A DNA stretch of 64,000 nucleotides from Dehalococcoidia bacterium. GTDB lineage: Bacteria; Chloroflexota; Dehalococcoidia; UBA2979. The stretch lies in contig CAXXDN010000002.1 of assembly GCA_963667465.2 (NCBI GenBank), forward strand, positions 384,001 through 448,000, written 5' to 3'. The notes under the pieces were generated by a model. It was given only the letters and a program-made list of their open reading frames with translations. It did not search any database and had not been told where the DNA came from. The position numbers were made by a program, and so were the translations under genes. Shown piece by piece: positions 56,463 through 64,000 of the stretch (positions are counted from its first letter, which is position 1; every line of letters begins with the position of its first letter).

Positions 56463-57439
56463 GCGCCGCCTCGCCGCCAATCGGTGTCGTCGCGTCCGCT
56501 GCGGAGGCAGGCGACGCCCTCGCCCAGATCGAGGAGGCCGAGCGCCTCGGCATTCCGGCCGCCTGGATGACCACGGGGGGCACGAGGGCGGACGCGCTCA
56601 CGATCTTCGGCGCGGCGCTGGCGCGGACCGAGCGGATCATCCTCGGCAGCTGCATCGTGCCAACCTGGCCACGCCACCCGGTGCTGCTGGCGCAGCAGAC
56701 ACGGGCGCTCGAAGAAATCTCGCCGGGCCGCTTCCGGCTCGGCATCGGCCCCGGCCACGAGCCGGGGATGGTGCACACCTTCGGCGTCGAGTGGCGCACG
56801 CCGCTCACCCACCTGCGTGAGTATCTGCACGTGCTGACCACGCTGCTGCACGAGGGCGAGGTGGAGTTCGAGGGCAGCCACGTCACCGCGCGCGGCCGCC
56901 TCGATGAGCCGCTTTCGACGCCGGTGCTGGCGTCCGCGCTGCAGTTGCGCTCCTACCGGCTCTGCGGCGAGCTGGCGGACGGGGCGATCTCCTGGAACTC
57001 GCCCGCCGCCTACCTGCTGGAGCGCGCGCTGCCCGCGCTGCGCGAGGGCGCCGCCGCGGCCGGGCGCGAGCCGCCGCCGCTGATCGCGCACGTCCCGGTC
57101 TGCGTCAGCGAGGACCGCGAGCTGGTCCTGGCCGCCGGCAAGACCCAGCTCGGGCGGTCCGCGCGACTGCCGTTCTACGCGGGGATGCTCGCCGCCGCCG
57201 GCTACCCGGACGCCGCCTCGAACATTGAGGAGGCGCTGGTCGACGCGCTGATCGTCGCCGGCAGCGAGCAGCAGGTCGCCGATCGGCTGGCTGAGCTCGC
57301 GGGGAGCGGGCTCGGTGAGCTGCTGGTGCTGCCGATCGGCCCGGGCGACCCGCAGCCGTGGATCGAGCGCGGCTTCGCCGCGGCCGCGAGGGCGGTGGAC
57401 CAGCTCCGCGCCGCGCAGGCCAGTTCGGCAGGCCTGTAG
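56459..57439 (+). CDS. LLM-class flavin-dependent oxidoreductase
   Basis: AERLG, PTWPRHP, GRFRLGIGPGH, GELADG. Confidence 0.88.
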   Translation: MSAASPPIGVVASAAEAGDALAQIEEAERLGIPAAWMTTGGTRADALTIFGAALARTERIILGSCIVPTWPRHPVLLAQQTRALEEISPGRFRLGIGPGHEPGMVHTFGVEWRTPLTHLREYLHVLTTLLHEGEVEFEGSHVTARGRLDEPLSTPVLASALQLRSYRLCGELADGAISWNSPAAYLLERALPALREGAAAAGREPPPLIAHVPVCVSEDRELVLAAGKTQLGRSARLPFYAGMLAAAGYPDAASNIEEALVDALIVAGSEQQVADRLAELAGSGLGELLVLPIGPGDPQPWIERGFAAAARAVDQLRAAQASSAGL

Positions 57440-57485
57440 TACGTTACGCCCGTGACCGTTCCCGGACCGGCAGGAGGAGGGCAAA

Positions 57486-57806
57486 ATGCCCAGGTATCTG
57501 GCCACAGCGTCGTACAGCATCGAGGGAGTCGGGGGCTTGCTCGCGGAGGGCGGTACATCCCGCCGCGACGCCCTCAGCGCCGCGATCGCCTCCGTCGGGG
57601 GCACGGTGGAGGCCTTCTACTACGCCTTCGGTGACGACGACCTCTACATCATCATGGACGTCCCCGACCAGGTCTCGGCGGCTGCGCTTGGCCTCGCCAT
57701 CGGCGGCGCCGGGGCGATTAGCTGGAGCACCACCGTGCTGCTGACCGCCGAGGAGATCGACGAGGCTGTCGGCACGTCCGTCGAGTACCGGCCGCCCGGC
57801 GCGTAG
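57486..57806 (+). CDS. GYD domain protein
   Basis: GGTVEAFYYAFGDDD, TTVLLT.EE; strong AGGAGG RBS. Confidence 0.85.
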   Translation: MPRYLATASYSIEGVGGLLAEGGTSRRDALSAAIASVGGTVEAFYYAFGDDDLYIIMDVPDQVSAAALGLAIGGAGAISWSTTVLLTAEEIDEAVGTSVEYRPPGA

Positions 57807-57945
57807 GACCGGGCGCGGCCCGGGAGGGTCGCGGCAGAGTACGACGCACGCAGCCCCGAGTCAGACTCGAGTGCGTCGCGGCCCATCGTGAGAGGCTGCG
57901 ATATACTCGGCTCCGCCGACACGCCCAACGGGGGAGGGATTCGTT

Positions 57946-59694
<1,749 letters not shown>

Positions 59695-59785
59695 TTCGCT
59701 CAGCCGGCTGGCTGCGCGCCGCGGCCCCTCGGGGCTCGCGCGGCGCGCCCCGGCCGCGCTGGAGCCGAAGGCGGAAGGCGGCGAG

Positions 59786-60925
59786 ATGACATCGGCCGAC
59801 GAGATCCAGATCCATCGCGGCTTCAACGGCGTCTACTTCGATCGCAGCGAGACCTGCTTCATCGACGGACGCGCCGGGAAGCTCCAGTACCGCGGCTACT
59901 CGATCGACGATCTCGCCGAGCACTCGACGTTCGAGGAGACCGGCTACCTGCTGCTCCACGGCGGCCTGCCGACGGCCGATCAACTCGCGGCGTTCGAGGC
60001 CGAGCTGAAGTCGGCCCGCACGCTCCCCGGCGAGATCCTTGACGTGATCCGGGTGGTCAAGGACGCGCACCCGATGGACGTGCTGCGCACGGCCGTCTCC
60101 GCGCTGTCCGCGATCGACCCGGAGACGGCGGACAAGTCGCACGACGCCACATTGCGCAAGGGCATGCGCCTCACCTCGCAGGTGCCGAGCATCGTGATGG
60201 CGCACCACGCGATTCGCGAGGGGCGCGACCCGATCGAGCCGAGGGACGACCTTTCGCACGCGGCCAACTTCCTCTACATGCTCGATGGCGAGGTTCCGAG
60301 CGAGGACTCGGCGCGGCTGATGGACAAGGACTTCATCCTCCACGCCGAGCACGGCTCCAACGCCTCGTCGTTCACGGCGCGCGTGGTGACCGGCACGCAG
60401 GCGGACCTGCACAGCTCGATCACGGCCGCGATCGCGGCGCTCTCCGGGCCCTCGCACGGGGGCGCGGCGGAGAACGTGATGAAGATGGCGCAGGAGATCG
60501 AGGAGCCGGAGCGCGCCGCCGCCTACGTCAAGGAGCTGCGCTCCCGCTCCGAGCCGATCATGGGCTTCGGCCACCGCGTCTACCGCGCCGAAGACCCCCG
60601 CGCCCGTCACCTGCGCGAGGGCGTCCAGCGGCTCAGCGCCGAGAAGGGCCAGCCCAAGTGGTACGCGATCCTCGAGGCGGTGCAGGAGGCGATGCGCCCC
60701 TACGGGCGGCTCGGCGTGAACGTCAACGTCGACTTCTTCGCGGGCGTGATCTACTACCTGCACGGCATCCCGCAGGATCTGTTCGTGCCGATCTTCGCGG
60801 TCGGGCGCGTGCCGGGCTGGACGGTGCAGGTGCTGGAGCAGATGGAGAACAACATCCTGCTGCGCCCCCTCCTCCAGTACGTCGGTCCCCTCGACCAGCC
60901 CTACATCCCGATCGAGGAGCGCTAG
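59786..60925 (+). CDS. Citrate / 2-methylcitrate synthase
   Basis: HAEHGSNAS, GPSHGGA, MGFGHRVY, DPR, NVDFF. Confidence 0.93.
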   Translation: MTSADEIQIHRGFNGVYFDRSETCFIDGRAGKLQYRGYSIDDLAEHSTFEETGYLLLHGGLPTADQLAAFEAELKSARTLPGEILDVIRVVKDAHPMDVLRTAVSALSAIDPETADKSHDATLRKGMRLTSQVPSIVMAHHAIREGRDPIEPRDDLSHAANFLYMLDGEVPSEDSARLMDKDFILHAEHGSNASSFTARVVTGTQADLHSSITAAIAALSGPSHGGAAENVMKMAQEIEEPERAAAYVKELRSRSEPIMGFGHRVYRAEDPRARHLREGVQRLSAEKGQPKWYAILEAVQEAMRPYGRLGVNVNVDFFAGVIYYLHGIPQDLFVPIFAVGRVPGWTVQVLEQMENNILLRPLLQYVGPLDQPYIPIEER

Positions 60926-60940
60926 AGACGCGAAGGCGCG

Positions 60941-61090
60941 CTACGAGCCCCCCTCCCCCTCGTCGTCCCCGCGCCTGACGCAGCCGAGGAAGACGTCCCT
61001 GAGGATGTTGGACTCGCGGATCGACTCGGGCCTGCCGTCGTGCGCGATGCGGCCGCGGTCGAGCACGTACGCCCGGTCCACGATTTTCGT
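60941..61090 (-). pseudogene. C-terminal remnant of a LivF-like ABC ATPase
   Basis: IVDRAYVLDRGRIAHDG...RDVFLG with no Walker motifs upstream. Confidence 0.65.
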
Positions 61091-61288
61091 ACTGCGGCAA
61101 AGTCGCGTTAACGGGCTCACGCCAGCACAACGAGCGGCATGCCGTGAGCCCGCGCCCGCTGTGCTGGGAACGTCGGGAAACGCCCCGTGAGGTATGGCGG
61201 AATGGGACGCCCCAGCGTGGACGAGCGCGGATAATCTGCGCGCTACCGGCGCATGCATCACGATGGCGCTGGAGTCTTGGAGTAGCCG

Positions 61289-62650
61289 ATGAAACCGATC
61301 GTCGCCCCGGCGTCTGTTGAGGCCCGCTTGCTGCGCTACCTCGCCACGATAGCGGTCTGCGTCCTGCTTGCCGCCGCCTTGCCTGCCTGCACCGGTGGAG
61401 GCGGCGATTCCACCAGCGACGAGCGAGTGATCGAGTTGGATGCGACCGTCCAGTCCCTCGAAGCGTCCGTCGAATCACTTGCCGGGGAAAACGCTGATCT
61501 GAAGCGTGAAGTCGCAACCCTCCGACAGCAACAGAGCGACCTCGTCGACGCGCAGCCCGCCGCCGGGGCGGCCGGGCAGCGTGACGGAGACGCAGCGGAC
61601 TCCGAGGCAGAACGAGACGAGCGACTCGCGGCCCTGGAACAAGGCCAGGTCCACACTGGCGAGCGGCTGGACGGTCTGGACGCCCGGATTGGGGAACTCG
61701 AGGCGGTCGCCGTCAGGATCGAGTCGGTCTTCCCTGCCGGGAAGGACTCGACCGAGAGCAAGGACGAGGAGGTGTCGCCGCCGGACGGGAGCCCCCTCGC
61801 GAGGACCGTTGGGTTGATCGAGGAGTCTGGAGGCGAGGTCTCGTACGTGGCGCACGCCGGACGGGGAGATCGCTCGGTCCTGGTGATGCCGCGTGAGTTC
61901 GTGGACGGGGAGACTCCGCTGATCGTCTCGCTGCACGGCTTCAGAGGAGATTCCGCCACCCAGAGCGCCTCCGTGCCGCTCCACGAGCGCGTGAACAGCG
62001 ACGGGTTCGCGCTCCTGCTGCCGAACGGACAACTCGGCCGCACGGGAAACCGCTTCTGGAACCCCACCGACCAGTGCTGCGAGCCCGGCAAGGCCGGCGA
62101 GGATGACGTCGCCTACCTGACCGAGCTGGTGGCGAGCGCGAGGGAGGTCAGGGACTTCGGGCCGGTCTACTTCTTCGGCTACTCCAACGGCGGGTTCATG
62201 TCGTACCACATGGCCTGCAAGGGGCTGCCCGGCCTTCGCGCCGTCGCCAGCCTGGCGGGTACGAGCTACGTCGAGGATACGAGCTGCGACGGCGCACCCC
62301 CTGTGTCCGTGTTGCACATCCATGGCACCGCGGATCGAGTGATCCTGTTCGACGGCGACGAGAGTGATCGCGGCGATGGCACGCCGGCGTTCTACGCCGG
62401 GGCTCGGGAGATGGTGACGCGCTGGAGCCGGCGGGCCGGATGCGACTGGCCCGAGCAGCCCCAGCCCCATGCCACCCTCGACCTCGACCGGTACGTGCCC
62501 GGCGCGGAGACCCAGGTGTTCCGGTTGGAATCCGGGTGCGCCGAAGGGATCACCATCGAGCTGTGGATGGGCTTGGACAGCAGCCATGCTCCCGGCTACC
62601 GCGAACCCTTCGTGGATGCGTTGCTGGGCTGGCTGCTGTCACAGCAGTGA
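61289..62650 (+). CDS. Lipoprotein: coiled-coil stalk plus alpha/beta hydrolase (PHB depolymerase/LpqP-like esterase)
   Basis: LPAC lipobox, heptad region, LIVSLHG, DDVAYL, GYSNGG, HIHGTAD, SSH. Confidence 0.85.
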   Translation: MKPIVAPASVEARLLRYLATIAVCVLLAAALPACTGGGGDSTSDERVIELDATVQSLEASVESLAGENADLKREVATLRQQQSDLVDAQPAAGAAGQRDGDAADSEAERDERLAALEQGQVHTGERLDGLDARIGELEAVAVRIESVFPAGKDSTESKDEEVSPPDGSPLARTVGLIEESGGEVSYVAHAGRGDRSVLVMPREFVDGETPLIVSLHGFRGDSATQSASVPLHERVNSDGFALLLPNGQLGRTGNRFWNPTDQCCEPGKAGEDDVAYLTELVASAREVRDFGPVYFFGYSNGGFMSYHMACKGLPGLRAVASLAGTSYVEDTSCDGAPPVSVLHIHGTADRVILFDGDESDRGDGTPAFYAGAREMVTRWSRRAGCDWPEQPQPHATLDLDRYVPGAETQVFRLESGCAEGITIELWMGLDSSHAPGYREPFVDALLGWLLSQQ

Positions 62651-62940
62651 TTGAGGACGTGATGAGGATTCCGCCGCGGGATCGCCAGGACACCCCGTCT
62701 GGCTGGCGCGGGACGCGAACAGGTCCGCAACCTCGATTGCGGCGCTGTGGCCACTGGAGAGGGCGCCGTTGACCGACGGCACGCCCATGTAGTCGCCTGC
62801 CAGGAACAGATTGTCGATGCGCCTGCAAGCTGCCCGGGGGTGGTCGCCCCCGTGGCGAGCATGCCGGGCCATGCACAACGCCTCTTCCCGGCGGTACACG
62901 TGATAGAACAAACCCTCGTCGTCGCCGGGAAGCGCGGAGC
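62639..62940 (-). pseudogene. C-terminal remnant of an FAD-dependent (amine-oxidase/HemY-like) oxidoreductase
   Basis: NLFLAGDYMG.PSVNGALSSG..AA motif; upstream frame broken. Confidence 0.6.
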
Positions 62941-63425
62941 CGGCTGAGCCGCTCCTGCTCGTTGCTCAGCGCTCACTGCGTCTTCACTGTCGCCATCTTC
63001 CCGCGCGCGTAGCACCGCCCTGTTTACTGTCCTGCGACCGCAGAGCGGACGTCTTCTGGCTCCAGGGTCGGAGGTGGGCAGCCGGCTTGACCATCCCCTG
63101 CAGGAGATGTCGCGCGTGAAGCCCCCTTGAGCCATCCCCGCTTCGCTCGGCGGGGAATCCTCCCGGGATGATGGCTATGGCTGGCCCCAAGTCAACGTCG
63201 CTCATGAAGTGATCCAGTCATCGCTCAGCGCCCAGCTGGCATCCGGGACTGTGGCTGGTTGCTGCGGCGAGCGCGGCGGCTGGCTCGTCGCCGTGGGGGC
63301 GATGGCAGGGCGGATTTGGCGTGCGAGGACTGGGGCGCTGTGGCGTAAGCCCGCAGCCCAGAGAGAGCCGGTATCCTTCCAGCAGTCCATTCGGCAGGCG
63401 TCCAGACAACCTGGGAGGTGGTCCC

Positions 63426-64000
63426 GTGGATATCCGGCTCAGGCTGCCGTTCGCCCTCGTCCTGCTCGTCCTCCTTGCCCTGCTCGCCGCCTGTGAGGAC
63501 GCGCGCGAGGAGACACCGGCGGAGCCCGAACGCGTGCTTACGTTGCGCTACTGGCAGGCGCCGTCGACCCCGAACGCCTACCTCTCCGCTGGCGGGAAGG
63601 ACATCGACGCGGCGGCCGTCACGCTCGAACCGCTCGCGAGCTACGATCCCGATGGCCAGCTTGTGCCGAGGCTCGCCGCAAGCATCCCGACTGTTGGAAG
63701 CGGTGGCGTGGCCGCGGACCTCGCCTCGATCACCTGGACGCTGCGCGAGGGTCTGACGTGGTCCGACGGCAGCGACGTGAGCGCCGGCGATGTCGTCTTC
63801 ACGTGGCGGTACTGCACTGACGAGGCGACGGGCTGCACCGGAAGCGACGCCTTCAACGGCATCGCCTCGGTCGAGGCCATCGATGCGCTGACCGTGCGCA
63901 TCACGTTCGAGACCCCCACGCCCTATCCGTACACGGCGTTCGTGGGAGCCGGCAGCCCGGTGATCAGCCGCGCGCAGTTCGGCGACTGCATCGGCGCGGC
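63426..64000 (+). CDS. Peptide ABC transporter substrate-binding lipoprotein (family 5), partial
   Basis: Not in the ORF track. GTG after GGAGG; LLAAC lipobox; EPLASYDPDGQLVPRLA, TWTLREGLTWSDG, DVVFTW. Confidence 0.9.
   Translation, partial: MDIRLRLPFALVLLVLLALLAACEDAREETPAEPERVLTLRYWQAPSTPNAYLSAGGKDIDAAAVTLEPLASYDPDGQLVPRLAASIPTVGSGGVAADLASITWTLREGLTWSDGSDVSAGDVVFTWRYCTDEATGCTGSDAFNGIASVEAIDALTVRITFETPTPYPYTAFVGAGSPVISRAQFGDCIGA

Noticed and set aside
62984-63409. Short ORFs upstream of the ABC substrate-binding gene
   Set aside because: Atypical codon use and no motifs; cannot be supported as genes.

Overview
A GC-rich (roughly 70% by eye) bacterial chromosomal window. Its gene content suggests Chloroflexota (Dehalococcoidia/SAR202/Tepidiformales-like); this is inference only, from the many paralogous CoA-transferases, thiolase-like/DUF35 pairs, MaoC hot-dog proteins, luciferase-like and F420-type oxidoreductases and amidohydrolases. 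Most of the window is acyl-CoA (possibly steroid or alicyclic) catabolism plus housekeeping genes (dut, nfo, thyX, nfuA, acs, citrate synthase, tRNA-Gly). Two mobile-DNA events can be read directly from the sequence. (1) An IS110 element (23983-25472) sits inside one copy of a palindromic REP-like repeat at an AG/CT core. Its non-coding end contains two loops matching the REP target and the element's own circle junction, which is the bridge-RNA architecture, and a promoter forms on circularisation. (2) A XamI-like type II restriction-modification cassette with no integrase is bracketed by a perfect 21-bp direct repeat that duplicates the 3' end of the neighbouring gene, and it has a LexA-like box upstream. 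The REP family carries a conserved (GGGN)3GGG G-quadruplex motif. Other oddities: split, apparently recently fused and fully fused active/inactive CoA-transferase pairs; a TIMP-like surface protein; a Cys-free thioredoxin fold; a Leu-axial cupredoxin; candidate CTG/ATC starts; and several gene remnants. All family assignments come from motifs recognised by eye, not from database searches.
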